NCBI GenBank assembly: GCA_973895155.1
Contig: OZ316894.1
Location: forward strand, 3,744,944-3,808,943
DNA: 64,000 nt
Reading direction: 5' to 3'
From: Marsupella aquatica
Lineage: Eukaryota > Plantae > Marchantiophyta
Position numbers and translations under genes: made by a program. Positions 53,401-64,000 of the stretch are shown piece after piece (position 1 is the first letter of the stretch; each line of letters starts with the position of its first letter). The notes under the pieces are model-generated. The model was given only the letters and a program-made list of their open reading frames with translations. It searched no databases and was not told where the DNA came from.

Positions 53401-53631
53401 ACGATGTGAGGGCCTAGGCATGTGCACTGGGTAGCCCGATCACAACGGGCTAAGGCACTGCGCTTACAGACGCCTAATTAGAAAGTTATGGGCATTGGAC
53501 ATTATCAGTTGGTGGTGCGCCCAGACATGCGGGTTGGGGTCCAAGTGGGGAGCCAAAATTTTGAAACCAAATTTGGTCCGAAGGTGGCAGGTCTCCCTGG
53601 GGGCTAAGGGCGAGCCGAAGTCGTGAACCGC

Positions 53632-54731
53632 TGTCCAGGTGACTGTGTTTTCTGGCAAGAGCATGTTGGCTCTTTTGAAGTTAACCTTGCATGCTTATAA
53701 GTTCTACACTAAAATTAAAATGATAATTCTAGTAACAAGGGTAGTGGGTATTAAGAAAGGTTAAGGTAAAACTAAAATACTGTTAAACTCTATTTCACCA
53801 TACTTGCGAACCAACACATCACGAAAATTAGTTTTCTTACGACATATGATCCTAATATCTCCAAGAGAAAATGAAACAGGAATATCATTCGGACTCCTAT
53901 TCAGATCCATGACTTCAATAAAGGACAAAGATGATGCACTCCCACTCCTCTCGGTACGACACCACTGGGTATATTATTGGCTCGTTAGAAACCATAACAG
54001 CAGTTGCAAACTGAGTTCCAAAATGATAGGTTAGATGTTGCCTCATAGATGGTTTGTCTAAAAGATGGACTCTAATCAAAAACGGATTACGAAGGGGAAG
54101 ATCAGGGATAATTCTCTCTCCTGGATTCATGATGGCTCTCCTATTCCTTTGCTATCCGGACCAAAGGACGCCCCACCCCTATATTCCCAAAGAAACCTTA
54201 TTCCCTAAGGTCCCATCTATAAATCTACCACTCATTCCTTTGCTATCCGGGCCAAAGGACGCCCCACTACTATGTTCAAGACACAAAAGAGCTTCACAAC
54301 CATGAATGATAAACACTACGGAATGAGGGGAGAGTGCCCCTCACCACTTTATTTATAGTGCACACCAAGAGGGCATGGATCAAGCCCAAGCACTTGGATA
54401 AAGGCCAAGTGTCAAACATCTAATACCTAAGAGTGTGCTAGTACTATTCATAGTTGGTGAAACTACTTTAGTAGGTGGAACTACCATGCGTTGGTGGACC
54501 TACTATGCATTGGTGGACCTACTGTGCGTTGGTAGAACTACTATGCGTTGGTGAATATTATTGTAGTTGGTGGAACTACTCATATGCATTGGTGGAACTT
54601 CTATAGTTCGTTAATATAGCTAAAGAAGTTTAATAAAGTTTAAATTTAATAATCTAACTACTAAATTACCTATATAATCTATAGCATATTAAAACAAATA
54701 ATTTTTTATAACTTAAGAGAAAATCACGACA
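53632..54731 (-). repeat. Gypsy 3' LTR, containing ~21-bp TTGGTGGAACTACTATGCG repeats
   Basis: Pairs with 61513-62611. Confidence 0.95.
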
Positions 54732-56216
54732 CATCACCCCTACCAAACCTGTGCATCCTCCGGTATGCACCACACCTAGAATCGCTACATGTCTTCTTCA
54801 TCTAAAGCCTCATAGTCGTCGGGTTCAAACTCTTCCTCTGTCACAAATCGAGTTCGTCGTTTAAACAATTTCACTCACTTCCCTGCATAGGGATTACGAT
54901 GAATTGCTCCATCAAGTTCTCTTACCACATATGTTGCATTAGGACGAACCTCCTCCACCACAAATGGTCCTCTCCAACGACGTGCAAACTTCTTCAGAGT
55001 AGAATGTTGCTGTTCCAACCCTCCCTCATAGATCAAGACCCAATCTCCATTCTGGATGGGAATTGGTCTCAAATGATGGGTCTTGTCAAATCGTTCCTTA
55101 TTCTTCTCACAAGCCTCCTTTAGCCTTAGTAACGCCTCCTCAATCTTCTCCTTGGTCTGGCTAAAGTGCTCAATCCTTCGCTCCAGCAACTTTTCTCGGG
55201 AGATTCTATCTTGCCATTCAATCATCCTCCAACTCTGAACATTTTCCTCAATCGGCATCAAAGGCAAATGTCCAGAGACTAATTCGGCAGGCGTAATTCC
55301 TGTTGTGGTAGTGCATGTCATTCGATCTGCCAAAAGAGCAAATGGTAGAAGATTGGGCCAAAGCGATGGTTTTCCTCGACAAGATTTCACCAAGGCATTC
55401 ACTATCGGTGAGTGCCCTCGCTCAATCTTTCCATTTCCTTCTGGATTGTAGGCAGTAGTGAGTTTGAGCTTGATGTTGAACTGGTCGAAAAATTCTGCAG
55501 CCTCTTCAGAATTCAGCTCTCCTCTATCTGCTCTCATTTGCACAAAACAACCATGACGTGCTATAACGTCTTCAAGTATGAACCTGCATACTGCTTCTGT
55601 AGTGTTAGAGGTTAAAGCCCTTCCTTCAACATAAGAAGATAAATCTTCTCTTGCAAGGACAAGGTACTTTGCCCCCCTAATTCCCCATGGCATGTGCACC
55701 ACATCTACTGCCCATTGAAAATGTAAAGAAAGAGGACTAGTGGGATTAAGTCCATCTCTAAACCGAACTTTAGAGTAATACTGACAACTCTCACAAGATC
55801 CAACATAGGATTTTACATCCACATACATGTCTGACCACCAGTACCACCTTTGAACCCGCTCATAGGTAGCTCTAACTCCTCGATGTCCTGCTTCAACAGC
55901 ATCATGAGAATCCCATAAAACTCTCTTCTTCTTTTCATCTGTATCAAGAACTCTACAAGGAACATGTCCTTTCTTCAAAGACCTTCTCCATAAAACACCA
56001 TCCTTGAGCATGAACTTGTAAGCCTTCTTCCGTAATTGTTGAAACTTCTCTTCTATCATTTCAACAGGCCTTTGAAGAGTACTAAGGTACCTTCCAATCA
56101 AGAGCAACTCTCCAGAATAGAGCTCCTCTCGAAATGTTAAGACCTCAAACTCTCCATTCATCACTTGAACTGCCTCCACTTCATTCTGATCATAGCGGGC
56201 TCTTGAAAGCATATCT

Positions 56217-56854
56217 GACCTCATTCACAATTGGGTGTACCTCGCAGGAACCACTTCCAAGACTCAAAAACATGCTTTTTTAGTGAAAAATGACTTTCGT
56301 AACATGGAAAAAGGTTCATCATGATTTTATCTCAAGACATTTAAGTCTAATTTTTTCACAAGACTATTTTACATGGTGTAACCTACCTCACCATGTAGAT
56401 ACATCAAGTTTTCAACTGTTTTAAGGGATCCTTTTATTGATGGCCCTAAATAAGCCAAAATTACTGATTATTTTTGTCCTGTACATAAAGGTTTAGTGTG
56501 TGTCACTATTTAAGTTTTGAAATATAAGATTATGCTATTAGTATGCATGCTTTGGTAAAATTTCATTGTCTAAAATGCATTTTTTAGAGTCCTTTTGAGT
56601 CCTGAAATGATGTGACCCGTTGCGTGACAAGTCCTTTTATCAATCTTTGAAGGACATATAAGGAAAGCTTCAAAGTCTCAAATGCTAGATAGTTTAATGA
56701 ATGTTACCAACCTATAGGATGTTTATTAAGTATAGTACATCAAATTTTCTATATCATCTCATTACACCCTAAAAATGATATCCTAAAGCATAATAAACTA
56801 TGGTCACTTTTGAGTGTGACGTTCCTTTTGGGTCCTCCAATTGTGAATGAGGCC
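56217..56854. mobile_element. 638-bp MITE with 18-bp TIRs and 4-bp TSD ATCT
   Basis: ATCT|GACCTCATTCACAATTGG ... CCAATTGTGAATGAGGCC|ATCT; removing it restores NPVADMLSRARY in pol. Confidence 0.93.
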
Positions 56855-58761
56855 ATCTGCTACTGGATTATCTTTTCCAGCAATGTGTCGAAGCTCGGGG
56901 TTGATCATCCTAATAAAAGCTATCCAACGTAACATAGCAATGTCTGGAGTATCACAGTTAGCAATCATCCCTAAAAGTGGTAAACAATCAGTCTCAAGAA
57001 TGACTTGTGCTCCAATCAAGTAGACTTTTTCTTGACACAAGGCTATCCTTGCTCCCCACAACTCTCGCTTGATTTGAGGGTAATGCCTTTGCCTTGCTGA
57101 AAAGATCTTAGCTCCAAACCTTGCTGCAAATCTTCTCCCCTCCTCATCATCTTGCCCTACCGCCCATCCAGCAGCATCAGGACTTGAATCTACAGTGACA
57201 ATGATGGGTCTTCCATCATAGCATAAGGGACGTAAAACAAGGGGGCTAAGTAAGGCTTCCTTTAACCTTTGCATAGCCTCCTTATGTGCCTCTGTCCAAA
57301 CAAAGTGCACATTCTTCCTCAATAATCCGTACAAAGGATCAGCAATATGTGCAAAGTGAGGAATCCAGATCCTATAGAACAAGCAAGCGCCAAGGAACCT
57401 TCGCACCTCCGAAGTTGTCCTACAATCTTTCATCTGATTGATTGCATCTACTTTTCCTCCATTTGGCTTCCTCCCATCAACTCCACAAATTTGTCCTACA
57501 ATTAGGACTTCACGAAGCCCAAATGAAGATTTCTCACCAGAAAGAGTGAGCCCAACCTCAATCAACCTCTTCAAGATTGCTTTCACATCTTGAATGTGCT
57601 CCCATACAAATTGTCGCAAACCATCTTCACGTATAGTCTCATCTTTCTTTGTCTCCAAGCATCCCTTGATTGGCATATCATCAAGGAATGGCTGTGTCTT
57701 CTCTGGAATGAAACGGTGTAATACCTTATTCATGGCATTCTGCATGTGAGCCACCGAGTTGGTTGCCCCTTGAGGCAAGGTACACATGCGAAGTAGCCCC
57801 AAAGGTGTCCTCATAGTGGTGATATCTCTACTACTCTGAGCCAACTGAAACTGATCATAGCCTGAATAGAGGTCACCACATGAATAGATGGCCCTACCAG
57901 CAAATTCTTCCGCAAACTCATCTACTATAGATCCTATTTCAGTATTGCGAATAATAACCTTGTTAGGTGGTTGCATGTCCTGAATAAATCTAAGTTTACC
58001 ATTTTTCTTACGAATGGTAAACCAACGATTAGAATAAGGTGCATCTGTTCTTTCCAAAATCCTAGTGGAAAGCTTCTCCTTTAATAGATCAATAAGTTTA
58101 GGTAACAAAGCCTTGGGCACTGGAATGGGTTTCAAGTCCCAAGGAACATGCGGGACAGTGAAAATTACCATAGGAGTAACAACACTAGGATCCACACATC
58201 CCATCTCTTCAGGACAAAAGGCAAAAGCCTTACCATGCTCACCAATCATTTGCTGAAACTCTTCTCTTTTTTTTTTTGTCAGCAACCCATCATCACCAAT
58301 CCTTAGTTGATTAAGGGTCTCCTTCGTGAATTTGTGGCCAATCTTAGTCCGATCTCTAAGACTGGTCTCTTTACCTGCCTTCTCCAAAATCTCCCTAGCA
58401 TCCAAAGGTAAAGGAATTGCTGCTGGTCTCACTTTCTTCTCCACTGTTTTGTACTTGGTGTTGACCTCAACAAATTGAGACAACTCGCCATACAGCTCAT
58501 GATTGATTTCCATATGAGCTTTCCCCTCTGAAAGACCTTCAATTATTTCTTTCAAAGATACTTCTACTCCTTCATCTAGAAGGCCTTCAATCTCTTCACT
58601 TTCCTCTAGCAATCCATGTATTTGCATAGTATCCTCAATCCTTGCAATTTTCTTTTTGAATTTTTTAGTAGCTTCACACACTTTCACATAAGAAATTCGA
58701 CAATGCAAGCTTTCACCTTCAAATGAGCTTGCCAACAAACTATTCACATTCCAAGTCACCA

Positions 58762-58825
58762 GCGGGTCATTGGCGATGGCGCCCCGCCTTCCCGCATTGC
58801 TTAACGAGACGCCTTCCGGAAATCC
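58762..58825 (-). promoter_or_regulatory. Putative -1 ribosomal frameshift signal (G_GAU_UUC plus pseudoknot)
   Basis: The -1 frame opens immediately after a UGA at GGA UUU C. 5-nt spacer; stem GGCGUCUCG/CGGGGCGCC; loop GCGGG can pair with downstream CCCGC. Confidence 0.7.
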
Positions 58826-61404
58826 TCATTTCCCTCCTTGGGTTCAGGTCCTCTCAACTCCTTCCGATTCCTCCAATGTCCAGGTTTCACTACAGGAAAT
58901 TGGATAACCCGCAATTCATCCCGACTCCTTACCTTTGCCATATGAGTGCCATCTGGTAGGACCTTGTACTTCATTCGAGCTTGAGTAATGTAAGGCTGCC
59001 CTAGAATGAGATCATAGGGCAAGCTATCATGCACAAAGATGTTAGTTGGTTCTATCACATGGCCAACCTTCACTGATACTCCAGGGCATCCTCCCCAAAG
59101 CATATTCTTTGAACGATTGATTGAGTTGACAGACCATTGAGTATCACAATCAATCATCCATTGCCCAAGATCATAAATGCTTCTTGACATTAGATTCACC
59201 TCAGATCCTGTGTCAATCAATGCTCGAGCTTTGCCCTCCATTCCTACAAGCTCTACCTCCACAACTGAGCAAGTTCTTGCCCAAAACGGCTCCAAGATGG
59301 ACTCCTTGTCGTCTCCTGAATCAGAATTCTTCATAGCTGAAGCACATATGACCCACACACTTTGTGAGGCCTTGAGCACCTCTTCACGACTAATTTTTGC
59401 CATATCCAGGGTCACTACAAATCCTGTTGTTGCTTTCGCCAATGGTTTCCACCTCTCCAATACCTCAACTCCTGACATCTTTGGTTCAAGAACTTCCTTT
59501 GTTGAAGACCCTAGCATCTGTGGTTTAGGGATCTTCTTCGCATTCACTTGATACACTTCACACTCCACACTGGCTTGAGAAACAATTGAACCTTCTCCAT
59601 CTTCATCAACATCAAAAAAAACCTCCATTCCCAAGGCATGAGGTCCTTCCTTGTAAAATCGTTTTCGTTTCACCTTTGCAAGTAATACATCTTGAGCCTT
59701 GGAGTTTATGCAAGCAAAAAACTCCTCATTGGTGACTCCGCTCACCTCCGCTTTCCAAAACTTCTCAGCAACTTGATCATACGCAATGTGTTGCTCAACA
59801 TCTCTTCCAAGGACCCAACCAGGTCCTTTCTTTTCCACCTTCTCTTTTTTTACCACTTCCATCTCCTTTGAGGATGAAGGAGTCGAAGTAGGCTCCTTTG
59901 TTGTACTTCCTCTATCTTCAAATCGAACACTCTTCCTTGTTGGGACTCTTGATGATGGCTGCAAAATAGAGGGTCCAGGCTCAACCTTTTGTTTTCCTTT
60001 GGCACGTTCTTCCAAAGGTTCCGACGACTTTTGTTTCTCCTCTACCATAGAATCCCATAGAGATCCCACTTCTGCAGTGAAAGAAGAGATCAACACTGGA
60101 TCACTCCAACCTGACTTCCTCCTTACAAACTCTGCTAGTCTCTTCTTGTCTGTCTCTGTTGACGAAGAACTCCCAAAGAGGGTGTAAACATCTGCTTCAT
60201 GCTCATCCTGATCTCCAAAAGCTGCTGCAATGGCTGAAGTATGATGTCTAGTCATTCTTCTCTCCACCAACACCTTCATACCGCCCTTGTTTGTGTTTAC
60301 TGGAATAAGCTCTCCTGAATCATGATAAGCAAGCTTTCTTATGCCATCATGATCAATGAACTTGACTATTCTCTCTCTCAGAGCAATAGAAAGCTCCCCA
60401 CATTCACGCCTTGAGTGCTCCTTACTATCACACCAAATACAATTCCAACTCCTTGCTCCGCCAATGGAACTCACGGCTCCTGGACCACCTCTTGACACTA
60501 GTCTTGATGCACCTCCTCCCATCTGCTCGAAGGCTTGGGTGGCAAGAATGGTAAGATTTTTCATGAGTTCAGACAACTCATCCATTTTGTCCATGCTTTT
60601 CTCACCCCTACCAGTTGTTGACTCTATTTTCTCCATTCTCCTCATAGAAGTCATAGGTGCAACCGCATGTAGAGCACCTTCATGACTCAGCTTTTTTCTT
60701 CTATGCTTTTGGCTGACCCTAAGCACAGCAATCTCAATCTCCTCCCAAGTTGGTGGACTGGCTTCACGACTTGGGTTCATCAATTCCAGAGCAAGCTCCA
60801 ACTCGTCTTGAAGCTTCTCATCAACAGCTCGGATAAGTAAAGTAGACTTCTGTACCTTGATAACTTCAGAACCAATCTCAGGAAGCTGATTGAACTTCTT
60901 CGTAAACTCCCTTATCAGTTCTTGAGGTCTCAACTTCTTGCTTCTATCGGTCACCCAATCAAGGAAAGATGCTTGAGTAACCCGATCTGGATCTTCAAGC
61001 TGAAATTCTTCTTTCATCTTCAACTCAAAGACCTTCCATGCTTTCTCCCCAGTAGCTCCATCTATCAAGGTAGTAATAATTCCCTTGAGTTCAGGTTCTA
61101 CTAAAGATACAAACTCCTTGACTGCAACTTCTGCATCAATCTTATGAATTGTAGCCTCCGTCCAGTACCCCTTGAGATACTTGGTTACATTTCGCCCATC
61201 AAATTCTCCTTGCTTGATAAAAACCGAGTGTAGGTACTTCGTGGTCCTACCAAGCAACTCCTTCTTCTTGTTCTCCTCCATCTCCTTCTCCTTCATTCCA
61301 TGTAAGTAAGCAGCAATCAAGGATGAAAACCTCTCAATGTCAGTTGGATTCATCTCAGTTCCCATGATTGCAATTCTTCCCTCTTGACTTAATAATATAA
61401 ACAA
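58801..61404 (-). CDS. Gypsy ORF1: gag plus aspartic protease
   Basis: 867-aa open frame; FDGRNVTKYL gag N-terminus, CIWCDSKEHSRREC zinc knuckle, ALIDTGSEVNLM protease, DLILGQPY. Confidence 0.9.
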   Translation of the reverse strand: MFILLSQEGRIAIMGTEMNPTDIERFSSLIAAYLHGMKEKEMEENKKKELLGRTTKYLHSVFIKQGEFDGRNVTKYLKGYWTEATIHKIDAEVAVKEFVSLVEPELKGIITTLIDGATGEKAWKVFELKMKEEFQLEDPDRVTQASFLDWVTDRSKKLRPQELIREFTKKFNQLPEIGSEVIKVQKSTLLIRAVDEKLQDELELALELMNPSREASPPTWEEIEIAVLRVSQKHRRKKLSHEGALHAVAPMTSMRRMEKIESTTGRGEKSMDKMDELSELMKNLTILATQAFEQMGGGASRLVSRGGPGAVSSIGGARSWNCIWCDSKEHSRRECGELSIALRERIVKFIDHDGIRKLAYHDSGELIPVNTNKGGMKVLVERRMTRHHTSAIAAAFGDQDEHEADVYTLFGSSSSTETDKKRLAEFVRRKSGWSDPVLISSFTAEVGSLWDSMVEEKQKSSEPLEERAKGKQKVEPGPSILQPSSRVPTRKSVRFEDRGSTTKEPTSTPSSSKEMEVVKKEKVEKKGPGWVLGRDVEQHIAYDQVAEKFWKAEVSGVTNEEFFACINSKAQDVLLAKVKRKRFYKEGPHALGMEVFFDVDEDGEGSIVSQASVECEVYQVNAKKIPKPQMLGSSTKEVLEPKMSGVEVLERWKPLAKATTGFVVTLDMAKISREEVLKASQSVWVICASAMKNSDSGDDKESILEPFWARTCSVVEVELVGMEGKARALIDTGSEVNLMSRSIYDLGQWMIDCDTQWSVNSINRSKNMLWGGCPGVSVKVGHVIEPTNIFVHDSLPYDLILGQPYITQARMKYKVLPDGTHMAKVRSRDELRVIQFPVVKPGHWRNRKELRGPEPKEGNEDFRKASR

Positions 61405-61512
61405 GTTAAGAACTCAAAGTTCCCAAACCATATCTCTCTTCATTCATTAGAACTCAAACATGCACAAGCTAACTTCCAAGTCCAGCGGTATCCCCAGTAT
61501 GGTCGCCACTTA

Positions 61513-62611
61513 TGTCCGGGTGACCGTGTTTTCTGGCAAGAGCATGTTGGCTCTTTTGAAGTTAACCTTGCATGCTTATAAGTTCTACACTAAAATTAAA
61601 ATGATAATTCTAGTAACAAGGGTAGTGGGTATTAAGAAAGGTTAAGTTAAAACTAAAATACTGTTAAACCCTATTTCACCATACTTGCGAACCAACACAT
61701 CATGAAAATTAGTTTTCTTACGACATATGATCCTAATATCTCCAAGAGAAAATGAAACAGGAATATCATTCGGACTCCTATTCAGATCCATGACTTCAAT
61801 AAAGGACAAAGATGATGCACTCCCACTCCTCTCGGTACGACACCACTGGGTATATTATTGGCTCGTTAGAAACCATAACAGCAGTTGCAAACTGAGCTCC
61901 AAATGATAGGTTAGATGTTGCCTCATAGATGGTTTGTCTAAAAGATGGACTCTAATCAAAAACGGATTACGAAGGGAAAGATCAGGGATAACTCTCTCTC
62001 CTGGATTCATGATGACTCTCCTATTCCTTTGCTATCCGGGCCAAAGGACGCCCCACCCCTATATTCCCAAAGAAACCTTATTCCCTAAGGTCCCATCTAT
62101 AAATCTACCACTCATTCCTTTGCTATCCGGGCCAAAGGACGCCCCACTACTATGTTCAAGGCACAAAAGAGCTTCACAACCATGAATGATAAACACTGCG
62201 GAATGAGGGGAGAGTGCCCCTCACCACTTTATTTATAGTGCACACCAAGAGGGCATGGATCAAGCCCAAGCACTTGGATGAAGGCCAAGTGTCAAACATC
62301 TAATATCTAAGAGTGTGCTAGTACTATTCATAGTTGGTGAAACTACTTTAGTAGGTGGAACTACCATGCGTTGGTGAACCTACTATGCGTTGGTGGACCT
62401 ACTGTGCGTTGGTAGAACTACTATGCGTTGGTGAATATTATTGTAGTTGGTGAAACTACTCATATGCATTGGTGGAACTTCTATAGTTCGTTAATATAGC
62501 TAAAGAAGTTTAATAAAGTTTAAATTTAATAATCTAACTACTAAATTACTTATATAATCTATAGCATATTAAAACAAATAATTTTTTATAACTTAAGAGA
62601 AAATCACGACA
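61513..62611 (-). repeat. Gypsy 5' LTR
   Basis: Pairs with 53632-54731; adjacent PBS. Confidence 0.95.
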
Positions 62612-64000
62612 ACGGCGGGAGACAAGTTGACCGATGAGTATCTTGCGATGCATTTGTTGATGTCGCTTCCTCAGACCTATTCAACATTGGTGACGGTCAT
62701 CACACATGACAAGTCTACGTTGAAATTGGATGAGGTGAAGGCTACCGTTCTTGCAGAATGGGGCAAGCGACAACTTTCTGGCCGTGACAATGAGTCTGCT
62801 GCCTTAGTGGTTAGAGGCAGATCGACTGAACGTACTACGGATCAGTCTAGATCTAAATCACATAGTAGATCTAAATCTAAGTCCCGTAGTAAGAAAGTTC
62901 AGTGTTGGCATTGCCATGAGAAGGGCCACACCAAGTGGAATTGTCCTTCTCTATCAAAGTAGAAGCGTCCTACTTCCAATGGTGCGTCCTCATCGTCGGC
63001 TGGTATTGTGATTGCTGATAATGAGGATGTTGCTGAAGTGCTATGTATTGGTGCTGTGAATTCTGTGTATGACAATAAATGGATGTTGGATTCGGGTTCC
63101 TCTTATCACGTGTGTCCAACACAATCGTATTTCTCCACTTACCAACCTTGTACCGGTACTACAGAAATCAGAAATGAAGTCCGATGTGCAATTGTTGGCA
63201 TGGGGACTATCAAATTCCGGATGTTTGATGGTGTTGTGCAAGCACTGACGCAAGTCAGACACATACCAGACATCTCTAAGAATTTGATTTCTCTTGGTGC
63301 TTTGGAAGCTAGTGGATCTCATTTCACTGCACGTGATGGTGTGCTCTTTGTCGTCAAAGATGATGTATCTTTGATTAAGGCGCTACGGCAGAATAATTTG
63401 TACATCTTGGAAGGAGATGTCATTGCTCCTAGAGTGGAGCATGTGGATTCTGTGGTGGAACGTTCGGATGCAACAGCAACATCTGCTATAGAGTCATCTA
63501 CGGCTGCTTCAATTGAAGCACCCTCAACATCTGGTCGCACACAAGCCATAGATTTGTGGCATGCATGGTTGGGGCACTTGAGTGGTAAAGGATTGGCAGC
63601 CTTGGCAAACAGAGATTTGCTGCAAGGCGCTCAATCTGGTAAACTCTCTTTTGTGAAGATTGCATCTTCGGCAAGCAGAGGAGAGTGAGTTTCAGTTCTA
63701 GTTCATACCATTCTCATGAGATTCTTGAGTATGTACATTCGGATGTTTGGGGTCCAGCGCCGGAGCCGTCGTTGGGTGGAGCCAGATATTTTGTGACGTT
63801 TGTAGATGATTACTCTCGAATGTGTTGGTTGTACTACATGAAGGAGAAGTCTCAAGTCTTTGAGATTTTCAAGGAGTGGAAAGCCATGGTAGAGCTACAA
63901 ACTGGGAAGGAGTTGAAGTGTGTTCAATCCGATTACGGTGGCGAGTATAAGTCCAATGAGTTTGATCAATTTGGTCGGGACCTTGGCCTCAAGCGTCATT
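62612..64000 (+). pseudogene. Degenerate copia polyprotein fragment (gag C-terminus, protease, integrase), running off the window
   Basis: LLMSLPQTY, CWHCHEKGHTKWNC, a stop at 62960, WMLDSGSSYHVC, LWHAWLGHLS, a frameshift, YVHSDVWGP, QSDYGGEY. Confidence 0.9.

Larger units (their letters stand above)
54788..58825 (-). pseudogene. Gypsy pol (RT, RNase H, integrase) in the -1 frame; split by a MITE and with a premature stop at 54875
   Basis: DLYSGYDQ, LPQGATNS, PFLDDMP, VDSS, KRELWG, ETDC, NPVAD/MLSR, H..GHRG..CESC, YNPEGNGKIERGH, WRGPF. Confidence 0.93.
53632..62611 (-). mobile_element. Full-length Ty3/gypsy LTR retrotransposon with no visible chromodomain
   Basis: ~1.1-kb LTRs TG...CA at 53632-54731 and 61513-62611, with about 20 differences counted by eye. 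PBS TGGCGACCATACTGGGG (tRNA-Arg-like) next to the 5' LTR; purine-rich GGTAGGGGTGATG before the 3' LTR; domain order gag-PR, RT-RH-IN. Confidence 0.95.

Overview
Eukaryotic, intron-rich land-plant DNA; the gene and retroelement types suggest a bryophyte or lycophyte, possibly a liverwort (inference). The main discovery is a ~14.8-kb DNA transposon at 113-14903, bounded by perfect 15-bp terminal inverted repeats (TIRs; ACCGCCACTGTCCAT) and TTAA on both sides. It encodes a spliced ~756-aa Kolobok-type DDE transposase with an inserted SAP-like motif, plus a convergent KolX-like (P2X7 C-terminal-like) gene, and carries degraded ORF-like cargo in both arms. The transposase is interrupted by a Ty1/copia element (CATTT target-site duplication, TSD) whose RT/RNase H half has been replaced by an identical copy of its own flanking DNA. 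Related Kolobok-like termini recur at 39.3 kb and 44.3 kb. The middle of the window holds four minus-strand host genes: a GPI-anchored A1 aspartic protease, an IFRD-family protein, complex I subunit NDUFB8 and a CREST-like membrane protein. The right end holds a full-length Ty3/gypsy element with a -1 frameshift/pseudoknot signal, interrupted by a 638-bp MITE and abutting a degenerate copia element. Family assignments come from motif recognition by eye; no database searches were run.
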